A stretch of 59,429 nucleotides of DNA, filler included, from a bacterium (GTDB lineage Bacteria; JAJRZV01), in NCBI GenBank assembly GCA_024275095.1. It is 3 parts of 3 records of this genome, joined end to end, with 100 filler letters (N's around TTAATTAATTAA, not from the genome) between each part and the next. Parts side by side here need not be neighbours in the genome. Positions count along the whole stretch, not along the records: positions 1 to 30,970 come from JAJRZV010000030.1; positions 31,071 to 54,403 come from JAJRZV010000032.1; 1 more part is not named here. The stretch is one strand, 5' to 3'. Below, piece after piece: positions 29,738 through 40,556 of this stretch. The notes beneath the pieces are model-generated. The model had not been told where the DNA came from. It saw only the letters and a program-made list of their open reading frames with translations, and searched no databases. The position numbers were made by a program, and so were the translations under genes. Every line of letters starts with the position of its first letter. Position 1 is the first letter of the stretch.

Positions 29738-30970
29738 GTGAATTCAAGAGCTAAAAAGCAGAGCTACGCGGAGTTCGCGGTTAAACATCACGAACTGATC
29801 GTATTCCTTTCTGTATTGCTAACAATGTTGTTCCTCATTCCCCTCGCACACCTCAAGCTATCCCCCAACTGGTGGGAGTTCTTACCTGAAAACTCCCCTG
29901 CTTACCGTGACTACCGTTCCCTTGTAAAAGAATTCGGAGCAGCCTCCGTCCCGGCTTACATCATCGTAGAAGGCGAAAACCGTTCTCTTGTATTAAAAGC
30001 AGCTGAAGCCATCGCGAGTGAACTTAAAAAATTTGACACTGTAAAAAGCGTGGGTCTGGCAGGCGCCGCGTCCTTTTTTAGAAAACACGCGTTGCTGTAC
30101 CTGTCCTTAAAAGACCTCAAAGCCTTAAGAAAAGCCGTGAAAGAAAACTTCCTGCAAGAGGCGCTGCAGAAACCTTACCCACTCGGGCTCATAAAAACCC
30201 TGAATGATTACGTAGAGGAAAAGCAAAAAACCGGCAGGCTCATGGATGTAAGAGAGCTGGAGAACCTGGAAAAAAGTGCCAGAAGTATCAACAAATTCCT
30301 TTCGATACTCGATGACGCATTTAAAGACAAACCTGTCTCCGACGATGAAATCAATGAATTCTTCGCCGGCTTCCTGTTGCCCGGGGAAAGACGAATGCCC
30401 GTGTCAGGACCAGGGTTCCTCACCACATCAGATGGGAAAGTGCTTCTGATGGGGGTTGAAGCCCATGGTGACCTCTACTCTTCCGTAAAAAAAGAAGAAA
30501 AATTTGTAAAGGAATTGCGTAAGGGAATAAGCAGTGTTTTCTCTGGCGATAAATATAAAGGGGTCAACGTGGAACTCACCGGTGGAGCTCCCCTTGACGT
30601 AGAAGGAATCGAAGTGATGAGAGAAACCCTCAACATCACAACCCCCATAGCACTCGCCGGGGTTGTCATCTTGTTTATCCTGGCTTTTAGGGGTCTCCTG
30701 CTTCCACTACTTTCCGGCATTGCACTCGCTCTTGGAATCGTATGGATACTTGGAATAACACAGGTTCTCTACGGTTCGCTCAATATGGTCAACAGCATGA
30801 TAGGTGCCATGCTTGTAGGGCTCGGCATTGACTTCGGCATTCATACACTCAACCGCTACCGTGAGGAAAGGAGTAAAGGTTCCTCTCCGGAATATTCACT
30901 TGTGACCGTATTCAAGGGCGTGGGGCCCAGCGCACTGACAGGAGCACTGACAACGTCGCTTTTCTTTTTT
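29738..30970 (+). CDS. MMPL/RND transporter (HpnN-like), truncated by the contig end
   Basis: FFRKHALLYL, VELTGG, GLGIDFGIH, GALTT; runs into Ns. Confidence 0.8.
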
Positions 30971-31070
30971 NNNNNNNNNNNNNNNNNNNNNNNNNNNNNN
31001 NNNNNNNNNNNNNNTTAATTAATTAANNNNNNNNNNNNNNNNNNNNNNNNNNNNNNNNNNNNNNNNNNNN
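30971..31070. other. Artificial contig spacer
   Basis: 100-nt N block with central TTAATTAATTAA (31015-31026), which gives stops in all six frames. Confidence 0.97.
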
Positions 31071-31160
31071 AATCAGGGATAGGGTGGGTGGGAAATATAA
31101 AGTATGATTAAATATTTATCCGTTCTATAATGATAAATTCATAAACCGTGAGTTTGCGAT

Positions 31161-32483
31161 ATGGATATAAGTGAGCTTTTTGAAAAAATAGCTTCTTTTG
31201 TATGGGGGGCTCCTCTTCAGATTGCCCTTGTAGGTACGGGAATATACCTCACTTTTGTGCTTTGTTTTATTCAGATCAGAGGATTCGGGCATTCGTGGAA
31301 ACTTCTGCTGAAGGGTAAGTGGGATGATGAAGCTGAAGGCGAGATTACCCCTTTCCAGGCTCTTACCACTGCTCTTTCAGCGACCATAGGTACCGGAAAT
31401 ATTGCGGGAGTGGCGACAGCTATTGCCGCTGGAGGACCTGGAGCCCTTTTATGGATGTGGGTCACGGCTCTTGTGGGTATGGCCACCAAATATACTGAAG
31501 CCATACTTGCAGTGGCTTTTCGCAAAAAAGACGGAGGAGTCTTCAGGGGCGGCCCCATGTATTATCTGGAGAGGGGACTTGGATGGAAACGTGCAGCGTG
31601 GGCATTCGCATTGTTCGGTACGATAGCTGCTTTTGGTATCGGCAATATGGTTCAGTCAAATTCCATTGCTGTGGTGGTGCACAAATATACAAGTACCCCA
31701 CCGTGGATAACAGGCCTTGTCCTCGCGATAATGGCGGGTTTGGTGATCGTTGGTGGTTTGAAGCGTATTGCAGCTGTGGCTGAACGTCTGGTTCCCTTTA
31801 TGTGTATCGGATACGTTGGTGGAGGTCTCATTATTATATTCAAGCACTTTCACTTGTTGCCGGTTGTACTTGGTGAAGTGGTACGTGAAGCCCTTACCCC
31901 TGAGGCAGGGAAGGGGTTTATTGCAGGTTTGATTGTAAAAGAGGCCGTCAGGTTCGGCATTGCCAGAGGGCTTTTTTCCAATGAATCAGGCCTTGGTTCA
32001 GCTCCTATTGCTCATGCAGCTTCCCAGGTAAAGCATCCGAAAGAGATGGCTCTTATTGCAATGATGGGACCTTTTATTGATACACTGGTCGTGTGCTCAG
32101 TCACAGGATTGGTAATTCTCATGACGCAGCCAGATATTATCAATCTCAAAAGTGCAGCGATAACAGCGGAAGCATTTAGACTCGGAATGGGTGGTGCAGG
32201 AGAAGCTGTGGTTGCAATGGGTCTTACCCTTTTTGCATATTCAACTATACTGGGATGGTTTTATTATGGCCAGCAGTGTTTTACTTACATTTTTGGTACC
32301 CGCGGGGATTTCCTCTACAGGTTATTATTTGTTATTCTTGTATGGATAGGGGCTTTTGTGAGAGTAGAACTGGTATGGAATTTGAGTGACGTAATGAATG
32401 GCCTGATGGCTGTCCCCAATCTTGCAGGACTTATTGGGCTATCACTTTTAGCCAGGAGGCTTTCGCGTGAAACATCTTATTGA
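31161..32483 (+). CDS. alsT: Sodium:alanine/glycine symporter (AGCS family)
   Basis: TIGTGNIAGVA, GGPGA, GGPMYY, RGLFSNESGLGS, FIDTLVVC. Confidence 0.92.
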   Translation: MDISELFEKIASFVWGAPLQIALVGTGIYLTFVLCFIQIRGFGHSWKLLLKGKWDDEAEGEITPFQALTTALSATIGTGNIAGVATAIAAGGPGALLWMWVTALVGMATKYTEAILAVAFRKKDGGVFRGGPMYYLERGLGWKRAAWAFALFGTIAAFGIGNMVQSNSIAVVVHKYTSTPPWITGLVLAIMAGLVIVGGLKRIAAVAERLVPFMCIGYVGGGLIIIFKHFHLLPVVLGEVVREALTPEAGKGFIAGLIVKEAVRFGIARGLFSNESGLGSAPIAHAASQVKHPKEMALIAMMGPFIDTLVVCSVTGLVILMTQPDIINLKSAAITAEAFRLGMGGAGEAVVAMGLTLFAYSTILGWFYYGQQCFTYIFGTRGDFLYRLLFVILVWIGAFVRVELVWNLSDVMNGLMAVPNLAGLIGLSLLARRLSRETSY

Positions 32484-33111
32484 GTTTATTATGCGAGGCG
32501 GTCCATTTATGTACCCCATCATTGCGTGCTCTGTATTCGCGCTGGCTATTTTCATGGAGAGATTGTGGGCTACTCGTCGAGCTGCAACAATTCCTATGGA
32601 ATCTATCAAGGAAATAGAAGAAATGGTAAAAAAGGGAAGTATTTCTGAAGCCCACGCTGTTGCAAAAAGAGAAAATTCAGTGGCCGGGAGACTTATCGCT
32701 CATCTTCTGGCCCGTACTGGTGAAAATCTGGATATGGATAATCTGAGAAGAAGTGTTGAAACCATAGGTAAGACTGAAACAGCTTTTCTTTACCGAAGAG
32801 TTGAAACACTGGGAACACTTGCCAGTGTAGCCACTCTCCTCGGATTGCTGGGAACCATCTCAGGTATGATCAAAATGTTTGCCACAATTTCACAGAAACA
32901 ATTTGTTAACCCAGCGGATCTTGCAGGTGGTATATCGGAAGCTCTTTATACGACTGCTGCAGGGTTATCAGTGGCCATTCCAACGCTTTTAGCTTACAGA
33001 TACATCTCCTCAAGAATTGAAAATATTGTCGTAACTCTTGAGGAAATGGCGCAGTCCTTTGTTGAGAATATTCAAAATACGCAGCATTTAGAAAAAATTC
33101 AAAAAGAGTAG
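32467..33111 (+). CDS. MotA/TolQ/ExbB proton-channel protein
   Basis: GGPFMYPI, LLGLLGTISGMI, LAGGISEALYTTAAGLSVAIP. Confidence 0.9.
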   Translation: MKHLIEFIMRGGPFMYPIIACSVFALAIFMERLWATRRAATIPMESIKEIEEMVKKGSISEAHAVAKRENSVAGRLIAHLLARTGENLDMDNLRRSVETIGKTETAFLYRRVETLGTLASVATLLGLLGTISGMIKMFATISQKQFVNPADLAGGISEALYTTAAGLSVAIPTLLAYRYISSRIENIVVTLEEMAQSFVENIQNTQHLEKIQKE

Positions 33112-33131
33112 AATGGAATATACTGTCTATC

Positions 33132-34142
33132 ATGGAATATGAGGTCGAAAATCTTGTAACAGGTGGTACAGGTTTTATCGGATCACATCTGGTACGTCTT
33201 CTTCTTTCGAAGGGTGAAGAAGTTGCTGTAGTATCTCGCCGTGGTGATAAAGGTCTGAATCTTGCCGATGTTAATGATGCGAATCTTAAACTGGTTAAAG
33301 CAGATCTCCTGAACTCAGAGTCCTTGGAGCACAACCTCCCCAAAGCACGGTATGTGTATCACCTGGCAGGTCTTGTCCGAACAGGTCAGGCATATCGAAA
33401 AAAAGTGTTCGATATTAACTACCATGCAACGTGCAACCTGTTCAGGATTTTGAAGGATAAGAAACCCGAAAGAATTGTTTACCTCGCTTCTATTTTTGCC
33501 CTTGGGAAGGGTACGGAGACTCGTCCTGCCACTGAGGACACGCCCTATAATCTGGAAAATTATGCGAAGGTGATTCCCTATTTCGCCGCCAAACGGGAGG
33601 CTCAAATTTTCGTGGAAGAACATGTAAAGAAAGGTATGCCCGTGGTATTTGTGTATCCGTGTTTTTGCTTGGGGCCAGGAGATATTTATTTATCATCTTC
33701 AGCGCTGGTGTACTTTTTTATAAAGGGCCTCGTTAAGGTGTGGTGGGAAGGCGGTATTAATGTAATGGATGCACGTGATGCTGCTGTAGGACTTTACCTG
33801 GGGATGAAGAATGGTGAGGTGGGAGAGAAATATATTATTGGCGGAAAGAATGTGACTTTTCGGGACCTTTTCAGAGAACTTTCGCAGCTTACTGGAAAGC
33901 GTGAGCCGCGTTTAAAAATTCCAAAGTCACTTATACGAGGAGGTGGCACTGTCCTTGAGAATATCCTGGGCATAAGAACACCTCTGGACAGGGGTACTGC
34001 CCTTGTGATGACCGACTACTGGTATTATTCCTGGGAGAAAGCCAGAAAAAATTTGGGTTATCAACCGCGACCGATCGAGGAGACTCTGAGGGACAGCGTT
34101 CAATGGTTCAGGGAACATGAAAAAGACGTCGTAAGGAGGTGA
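33132..34142 (+). CDS. NAD-dependent epimerase/dehydratase (HpnA/DFR-like)
   Basis: LVTGGTGFIG, YHLAG, YFAAK (YxxxK), GPGD, LGYQPRP. Confidence 0.88.
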   Translation: MEYEVENLVTGGTGFIGSHLVRLLLSKGEEVAVVSRRGDKGLNLADVNDANLKLVKADLLNSESLEHNLPKARYVYHLAGLVRTGQAYRKKVFDINYHATCNLFRILKDKKPERIVYLASIFALGKGTETRPATEDTPYNLENYAKVIPYFAAKREAQIFVEEHVKKGMPVVFVYPCFCLGPGDIYLSSSALVYFFIKGLVKVWWEGGINVMDARDAAVGLYLGMKNGEVGEKYIIGGKNVTFRDLFRELSQLTGKREPRLKIPKSLIRGGGTVLENILGIRTPLDRGTALVMTDYWYYSWEKARKNLGYQPRPIEETLRDSVQWFREHEKDVVRR

Positions 34143-34146
34143 ACTG

Positions 34147-35517
34147 ATGCTTTTTGCCCGGCAGATTTCTCGTACCTTTCGTATTCGAAATATCAATCAA
34201 CCAGGTGTTCTTGCAAGAGCTCTGCGGGTTGTTGCAGATAAAGGCGCTATTGTTGGAGACATAAGAGTTGTTCATTTCGGTTCACATTATGTTATCCGAG
34301 ACATAGATGTTTTCAGTGATACTGAGAATATATTTGATGAGATTTCTACAGCACTTGAGGAAATGGAGGGCGTGGAACTTTTAGAAATTCGCGACGAAAT
34401 TCTTGCTGCACATCTTGATGGCAAACTGGAAGTGCGTTCCCGAATGAGTGTGCGGTCTCAATCGGATTTGAGAAAGGTGTATACCCCCGGCGTGGCTAAC
34501 GTCTGCAGGGTGCTGCTAAAAAATCCTGAACTGGCAGATGTTTATACCTGGAGAAGGAAGGTGGTGGCAATTATTACCAATGGCACAAGAGTTCTCGGCC
34601 TTGGAAATATTGGAATCGTGGCGTCACTGCCTGTGATGGAAGGCAAGGCGGCCTTATTAAATCAACTTGTCGGGCTTTACGGAATACCCATTCTTGTCAA
34701 TACGCGTGATGTAGACGAGTTCGTTGAGCTCGTTGTAAAGATTTCCGAAAGTTTTGGAGCCATTCATCTGGAAGATATTGAGACTCCCGCATGTTTCGAA
34801 ATTGAAGCTAAACTGGTGGAGCGCCTGGAAAAACCGGTAATGCATGATGACCAGCATGGAACGGCTGTGGCTGCTCTTGCTGCAGCCATTAACGCATGCG
34901 GTAAGGCCAAGGTGAATATCAATCGAATTTCATTCGGTATTGTGGGCCTTGGAGCAGCGGGCTTTGCTATTGCCAGGCTTCTGATGGAATACACGGGCCG
35001 AAGTGTCCTGGGATATGACATTAAAGAAGATGCTGCAAGAAGGCTTGAAGCAGCAGGTGGTAAAGCTGCTGAAGGAATACGGGAGATATTTGCTGAAGCT
35101 GACTTTGTTGTTCTTACCACAGGTGTGTCCAACCTGGTAAACGAAGAGTGGATAAAAGAGGGTCAGATCGTATTTTCTTTGACCAATCCTGAACCGGAAA
35201 TTTCCCCGGAAAAAGCAGTTGCTGCTGGAGCCGCCTTTGCTGCTGATGGGAAGATGATAAACAACATTCTTGCATATCCAGGTGTGTTCAAAGGGGCTAT
35301 TAAGGCACGTGCTACCCGGATTACGTCAGATATGCTTATTGCTGCGGCGGAGACCATTGCACGATGTACTCCCGCCGATGACCTTTTACCTGATCCGCTT
35401 AATATCGAAGTCCACCGGCGTGTTTCTCAGGCCGTGGCAATGAGCGCTCAAAGGTGCGGTGTTGCCCGCGTGGATCTCGACGAAGAGATCCCCGGTGGAG
35501 GGCGCGCGCACACATGA
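34147..35517 (+). CDS. NAD(P)-dependent malic enzyme with N-terminal ACT domain
   Basis: YTPGVA, TNGTRVLGLG, VMEGKA, IHLEDI, HDDQHGTA, GLGAAG, INNILAYPG. Confidence 0.93.
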   Translation: MLFARQISRTFRIRNINQPGVLARALRVVADKGAIVGDIRVVHFGSHYVIRDIDVFSDTENIFDEISTALEEMEGVELLEIRDEILAAHLDGKLEVRSRMSVRSQSDLRKVYTPGVANVCRVLLKNPELADVYTWRRKVVAIITNGTRVLGLGNIGIVASLPVMEGKAALLNQLVGLYGIPILVNTRDVDEFVELVVKISESFGAIHLEDIETPACFEIEAKLVERLEKPVMHDDQHGTAVAALAAAINACGKAKVNINRISFGIVGLGAAGFAIARLLMEYTGRSVLGYDIKEDAARRLEAAGGKAAEGIREIFAEADFVVLTTGVSNLVNEEWIKEGQIVFSLTNPEPEISPEKAVAAGAAFAADGKMINNILAYPGVFKGAIKARATRITSDMLIAAAETIARCTPADDLLPDPLNIEVHRRVSQAVAMSAQRCGVARVDLDEEIPGGGRAHT

Positions 35518-36815
35518 AAAGAGCTCTATTGGTGAATCCTCCTGTATATGACTTCGCCGCGTATGATTTCTGGATGAAACCTTACGGGTTGTTAAAGTTA
35601 GCCAGAAGATTTTTATCGTCGGGATGGAAGGTATATTTTTTTGACTTTACTGATCGGTTCAACCCGAGATTTACGGATACTGGAACAGCACGCTCGGACA
35701 GGTGGGGCAGAGGACATTACGAAAAGAAAATTGTAACCAAACCTGCACCTGTTGGATACGTGCCGCGTTTTTTTAAAAGGTACGGAATTGATGAGAGAAT
35801 GTTCTTGAAATACCTCCAGCATGTAGACACACCCGATGTCATTCTTATTTCTGTAACCATGACTTACTGGTATCCCGGAGCAGATGAGGTGACAGGTTGT
35901 TTAAAATACCACTTTCCCGGGTCAGATATCATAATCGGTGGGAGTTATGTAAAGCTTTTTGGTGAACATGCACACAGCAGATACAATGATGAAAGAGTGT
36001 ATCTTGACGAAAACTTTGAAGTGCTCGAGGCGATTACGGGTATAGATTTTACAGACGTGGATCTGGAAGTGGCGGCCTGGGAACTCTATGATACACTCCG
36101 GTACGGAGTTGTCAGAACAACAGTGGGTTGTCCATTTAGTTGTACTTATTGTGCATCCGCTAAACTTCACGGGGCATTCAGGAAGATTCCTGTGGATGTG
36201 GTTGCAGAAGAGCTCAGGCTGATTTATTCAAAAGGCGGAAGAGATCTGGCTTTTTATGACGATGCTTTGATGTTTAATATGGAAGGGCTAAAAGAGATCA
36301 TGGAAATATTGAAAAAGCACCGCATAGGTTTTAATTTTCACACACCTAATGCTATTCATGCGAGCACTGTAACCGACGATGTGGCAGTTTTTCTGAGAAA
36401 GAACGGATTCAGGACTATTTTTGTCGGTTTCGAATTCGGGAGAGAAGAGGTGCTTCAGAAGACAGGAGGGAAGGTCAGGCTTCAGGATACGACTCGATGC
36501 GTCGAAAACCTGCTTCGGGCGGGATTTAACCCTAATGATATTGTGTTTTATGTAATGTTTGGTCACCCGGATCAGGAGTTTTGCGAAGCAGAGGAAGATG
36601 TAAACGCAGCCTCGAAGTCAGGTGTTAGGATCATGTTGAGCGAGTTTTCTCCCGTTAAAGGAACGCCAGACGGGGATAGAGCAATAGAGGAATATCGAAT
36701 TGAGGACCCTATTGAGACCAATAAAACAGCATTTTCGATCAAAAAATTCGGGTTTGAAAAGGTGAATGCGCTTAAAAATAAAGTTAAAGAGCTGAACAAA
36801 AGGCTCGCAGCATAA
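35514..36815 (+). CDS. B12-binding radical SAM protein (start set at ATG 35514)
   Basis: LLVNPPVYDFAAYDFW, MTYWYPG, GCPFSCTYC, FYDDAL, TPNAIH. Confidence 0.88.
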   Translation: MKRALLVNPPVYDFAAYDFWMKPYGLLKLARRFLSSGWKVYFFDFTDRFNPRFTDTGTARSDRWGRGHYEKKIVTKPAPVGYVPRFFKRYGIDERMFLKYLQHVDTPDVILISVTMTYWYPGADEVTGCLKYHFPGSDIIIGGSYVKLFGEHAHSRYNDERVYLDENFEVLEAITGIDFTDVDLEVAAWELYDTLRYGVVRTTVGCPFSCTYCASAKLHGAFRKIPVDVVAEELRLIYSKGGRDLAFYDDALMFNMEGLKEIMEILKKHRIGFNFHTPNAIHASTVTDDVAVFLRKNGFRTIFVGFEFGREEVLQKTGGKVRLQDTTRCVENLLRAGFNPNDIVFYVMFGHPDQEFCEAEEDVNAASKSGVRIMLSEFSPVKGTPDGDRAIEEYRIEDPIETNKTAFSIKKFGFEKVNALKNKVKELNKRLAA

Positions 36816-36833
36816 TTCAGTCAGGAGGCTTAC

Positions 36834-37973
36834 ATGTTAAAAACCTTCCCCTTTCACGCGCTCATTGTCACGGTTGTTACAATATCTTTTGTTTCCTGCT
36901 CTGAAAGCACGGACAATGGAATGAGCATTGAACCTTTTGTAGGATTCAGTGCAGGGTCCGGTGTATCATTCCCACATCAGATCAGCGGGAACTCTTTGTA
37001 TGAAAAGGCGACCTTGTATGCAAGGCTTATAAAAGAACTTGGAGGTAATACACTCAGAATAGCAATTCCATGGGTTGATATTGAACCCCAGTACATTGCA
37101 GATTTTCCAGAGGATACAACCACGGATGTCAATGACCTTGTATCCGCTTACACAGTTCACCCCGGAGTTCAGTGGGACGCTTTCGACGAGGTCATCGAGG
37201 CTTATAAAGAGGCTGGTATCAGGATTATTGCGACTGTTGGTGTTGGATACTCGGGCGAACTTCCGTATTACAAAAATAATCATCTTTCACCCGATGATGT
37301 AGATGAAGAGGAGTATTTAAACAGAATAGAAATATACACAAGAGCTGTTGTCCGCAGGTACGGCAATTACATAAAAATCTGGCAGCTTGAAAACGAACTC
37401 AATGTGGCATGTGAAACGGTTTTGTGGGGCTGGAGAAGGGGGGCGAGATGGTGTGATTTTGATTTTTTGACGGAGTTGATAAAAAGGCTTTACAGAGCGG
37501 TTAAAACAGAAGACAGTGATGCGCTTACCACCCATAATTTTCATACAGATTTGCACTGGTTGAAAGATGTATATGAATGGTACGATTATGTGGACATAAT
37601 CGGCCTCGATGCGTACCCCAATTATTTAAGCGGGCGTGTTCCCAGAGGACACTGGGTGGGAGAGAGGGTAAAAAAGACACGGACTCTCTTTCCTGAGAAA
37701 CCGGTTGCTGTAATTGAATCCGGATATCCCACACAACCGGAAAAAAAGGGGTTTTCAGAGTCGGGTCAGGCGGAGTTCATCAAAGAAGCGATTGAATCCA
37801 CATTTGAAAATGGAGGAGTGGGGTTTTTGTATTTTACTCTTGTGACTTCTGAACAGGGCGGTGCCGGGCTTCAGGATGTAGAACCTTACTGGGGATTGTT
37901 CCGCAAAGATGGTACCAGAAAGAAGGGATGGTATGCATATGCAGAAACAGTATCCCTGCTGAATTTCAGGTAA
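36834..37973 (+). CDS. Lipoprotein glycoside hydrolase, clan GH-A
   Basis: Lipobox FVSC; WQLENE acid/base; IESGYP nucleophile; WGLFRKDG. Confidence 0.75.
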   Translation: MLKTFPFHALIVTVVTISFVSCSESTDNGMSIEPFVGFSAGSGVSFPHQISGNSLYEKATLYARLIKELGGNTLRIAIPWVDIEPQYIADFPEDTTTDVNDLVSAYTVHPGVQWDAFDEVIEAYKEAGIRIIATVGVGYSGELPYYKNNHLSPDDVDEEEYLNRIEIYTRAVVRRYGNYIKIWQLENELNVACETVLWGWRRGARWCDFDFLTELIKRLYRAVKTEDSDALTTHNFHTDLHWLKDVYEWYDYVDIIGLDAYPNYLSGRVPRGHWVGERVKKTRTLFPEKPVAVIESGYPTQPEKKGFSESGQAEFIKEAIESTFENGGVGFLYFTLVTSEQGGAGLQDVEPYWGLFRKDGTRKKGWYAYAETVSLLNFR

Positions 37974-37977
37974 AGTT

Positions 37978-39147
37978 ATGTCAGTAATAAATAAATTAAA
38001 ATCTTCAATTCCGTATTCAGCAAGATGGTGGTTGATAAAAAAATTTTTTGCTTCTCTTAATGATGCAACGAGACATGAAGTGCAACTTTTGACCAATAAG
38101 ATTGAGAAAGACCGTGTTTTCGTGTTTACACCGTATGACGACTGGAATTCCATAAAGCAAAGACATCACCATATGGCCGTGGAAATTTCCCGAAAAGGCG
38201 AGCTGGTGCTGTTTGGATCACGAAAAAAGAAAGATAGGTTTAAAGGTTGTATTAATAAGGTGAGCGACAACCTTTATCTTTATTGTTGCGATCCTGTTGA
38301 ATTGGTTTTGTTTCTGTCCACGAAAAAGCGGGTTTATGTGATCAGTTACTACCCATACTGGGGAAAGGTGTTTGCAGAGCTGGCTGATGGTGAAAAAATA
38401 ATAAGCGTTTTTGACGCAATAGATCATCCTCTTATCTATAAAATTGATGCAGGATGGAAAAGAGCGGTTGAAGATTTCGATTATGCATTAGAAAAAAGCA
38501 CTCACGTTTTTTGTGCATCTCAGGCTCTTTCCGATTATGTCAGTTCCAGAAGGGAAGAGAGATGGGTTGTGATAGAAAACGGTGTTACCGAAAATTTTTT
38601 CATAAATCCGGAAAAAGCATTTGATATAAAGTCCCTGGTTAAAAATAACAGGAAGAATGTAATGTTCCACGGTGTGTTCAGCAGGTGGATTGACTTCAGG
38701 CTATTGGAAAGTGTCGTAACAGGCATAAAGAATGTTAATTTTGTTTTCATGGGATACGACATGTACGGTCAGTTTAAAAATTACATTCTCAGTAAAAATT
38801 TAAAAAATGTTTTTTTTCTCGGTTTTATAAATTATGAAGATTTGCCTTCATATATCAGAAGTGCCGATGCTGGGCTTTTACCATTTAAAATGGACGAGGT
38901 CGGTAGATGCGCTTCTCCTGTCAAACTTCTCGAGTATTACGCAGCAGGCGTGCCCGTAATATCCACACCGCTTCCCTATAGCATATCGAAGCAGGCTTTT
39001 ATAGCTTCAAATCCAGAAGATTTCATAAAAAAAATAAAAGAAGCGCTGAACGAAAAGGCTCGACTGAGCGAGGTGCTTAGAAGTATTGCTTTGGATCATC
39101 TGTGGAGCAAAAAGGCTGAAGAAATGATTGCATATTTGTTAAATTAA
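37978..39147 (+). CDS. GT-B glycosyltransferase (GT4/TuaH-like)
   Basis: QRHHH, IENGV, WIDFRL, SPVKLLEYYAAGVPVIST. Confidence 0.85.
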   Translation: MSVINKLKSSIPYSARWWLIKKFFASLNDATRHEVQLLTNKIEKDRVFVFTPYDDWNSIKQRHHHMAVEISRKGELVLFGSRKKKDRFKGCINKVSDNLYLYCCDPVELVLFLSTKKRVYVISYYPYWGKVFAELADGEKIISVFDAIDHPLIYKIDAGWKRAVEDFDYALEKSTHVFCASQALSDYVSSRREERWVVIENGVTENFFINPEKAFDIKSLVKNNRKNVMFHGVFSRWIDFRLLESVVTGIKNVNFVFMGYDMYGQFKNYILSKNLKNVFFLGFINYEDLPSYIRSADAGLLPFKMDEVGRCASPVKLLEYYAAGVPVISTPLPYSISKQAFIASNPEDFIKKIKEALNEKARLSEVLRSIALDHLWSKKAEEMIAYLLN

Positions 39148-40547
39148 TGAGAGATGTTGAAAACATGGAAAAGAATGTAGTAAAAGCGCTTGAAAGCGAG
39201 GTGGTAGAGGCTAAGAATGAACTTAATACTCTTTATACATCAAAAGCTTTTTTAATCTCTAAAATTGGAGAAAACATTTTATCTGTATTAACCAGTAGTA
39301 AAAAAAAGATAGAATGGGAGCACATCAATTGCAAACCATCTAATGCTGTTTTCTTTATTGGAGCAGAGAATTATCCTGCTTTTATAGACAGAGTAAGATC
39401 AGTAGCAAAGAAATTTTCCACTATTTTGTTCTTTATAGTAGAGTATAAAACTTCTTTGAATTGTGAATGTAAAATAACAAAAAACGATAACATTATATAC
39501 TTGTTCTGGCACAGGAATTCTATAAAGAATAATGATCTCGTGAAGCAAATTTTTTCTCATGTAGAAAATAATTTTATATGTAACGCAGTGGTAGTAGATT
39601 TATCTCGCAATGGTGAAAATGATATTTCTCAGCTCGTTGCTTCTTGCTTTTCTGCTTCAATTCTTCGGCTTAATGAAAAGACTATAAAAGACTTGTTGCG
39701 TGCAGAGAATGAAATGGATTTTTTGAAATATTTTTTCCCCAGTGCAAGTATTATCGTTGTTAATCACAATAAAATAGCTTTTACAAAGATGTGTATAGAC
39801 AGCATTATAAACAATACAGTGTATCCATTTTATGAAATACTTCTTGTAGATAATGCTTCTAACGATGGCTCCAAAGAGTATTTTTCTATGCTTGAAGCCG
39901 ATATTCCTGCATTAAAGTTTATATCAAGAAATGTTAATGACGGCTTTTCGGGAGGTGTTAATGAGGGTCTACGGAGTGCCAAGGGAGACTTCATTGTTAT
40001 ATTGAACAATGACGTGATTGTGAGCCGGGGATGGCTTTCAGGGCTTATAAAGCATGCGATAAAAGAAAATGCAGGCATCGTGGGACCGGTTACAAATCTT
40101 TGCGGAACAGAAGCAATGATTAAAGTGAGATATAGAACCGTGGAGGAAATGGCCGCTTTTATGAACTGGTATAATTTCAACCATAAAGATGTTAAAGCAT
40201 TTAAAGTTAAAACGTTAAACCTGTTTTGTGCTGTTATGCGCAGAGACGTTTTCGAAAAGGTGGGATTTCTGGACGAAAGATTTTCTGTGGGAATGTTTGA
40301 AGATGATGATTATTGCATGAGGATTAAGGAGGAAGGATTTGAAGTGATATGTGCTCCGAACGTTTTTGTGCATCATTTTGGCAGGGTTTCCCTTCTATCA
40401 TTGTTAGACAGGAAGAATTACAGAAAGATTTTTAAAGAAAACAGAAAAAAGTTTGAAGAGAAATGGCGGTTGAACTGGTGGGTTACTCGAGGATTATCGT
40501 TACGGTTAAAAAGGATAAAGCTTTTACTTTTCGATAGATATTACTGA
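39147..40547 (+). CDS. GT2 glycosyltransferase with N-terminal extension
   Basis: SIIVVNHN, VDNASNDGS, ILNND, VGPVTN, FEDDDYC, FVHHFG. Confidence 0.9.
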   Translation: MRDVENMEKNVVKALESEVVEAKNELNTLYTSKAFLISKIGENILSVLTSSKKKIEWEHINCKPSNAVFFIGAENYPAFIDRVRSVAKKFSTILFFIVEYKTSLNCECKITKNDNIIYLFWHRNSIKNNDLVKQIFSHVENNFICNAVVVDLSRNGENDISQLVASCFSASILRLNEKTIKDLLRAENEMDFLKYFFPSASIIVVNHNKIAFTKMCIDSIINNTVYPFYEILLVDNASNDGSKEYFSMLEADIPALKFISRNVNDGFSGGVNEGLRSAKGDFIVILNNDVIVSRGWLSGLIKHAIKENAGIVGPVTNLCGTEAMIKVRYRTVEEMAAFMNWYNFNHKDVKAFKVKTLNLFCAVMRRDVFEKVGFLDERFSVGMFEDDDYCMRIKEEGFEVICAPNVFVHHFGRVSLLSLLDRKNYRKIFKENRKKFEEKWRLNWWVTRGLSLRLKRIKLLLFDRYY

Positions 40548-40556
40548 AACAGATTA

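Noticed and set aside
31015-31026. TTAATTAATTAA palindrome (also 54448-54459)
   Set aside because: It is embedded in identical N blocks and is a synthetic all-frame stop linker.
29738-36815. Hopanoid gene cluster (HpnN-like MMPL, HpnA-like epimerase, B12 radical SAM)
   Set aside because: The genes straddle an artificial join, no squalene-hopene cyclase or hpnCDE is present, and the families are broad.
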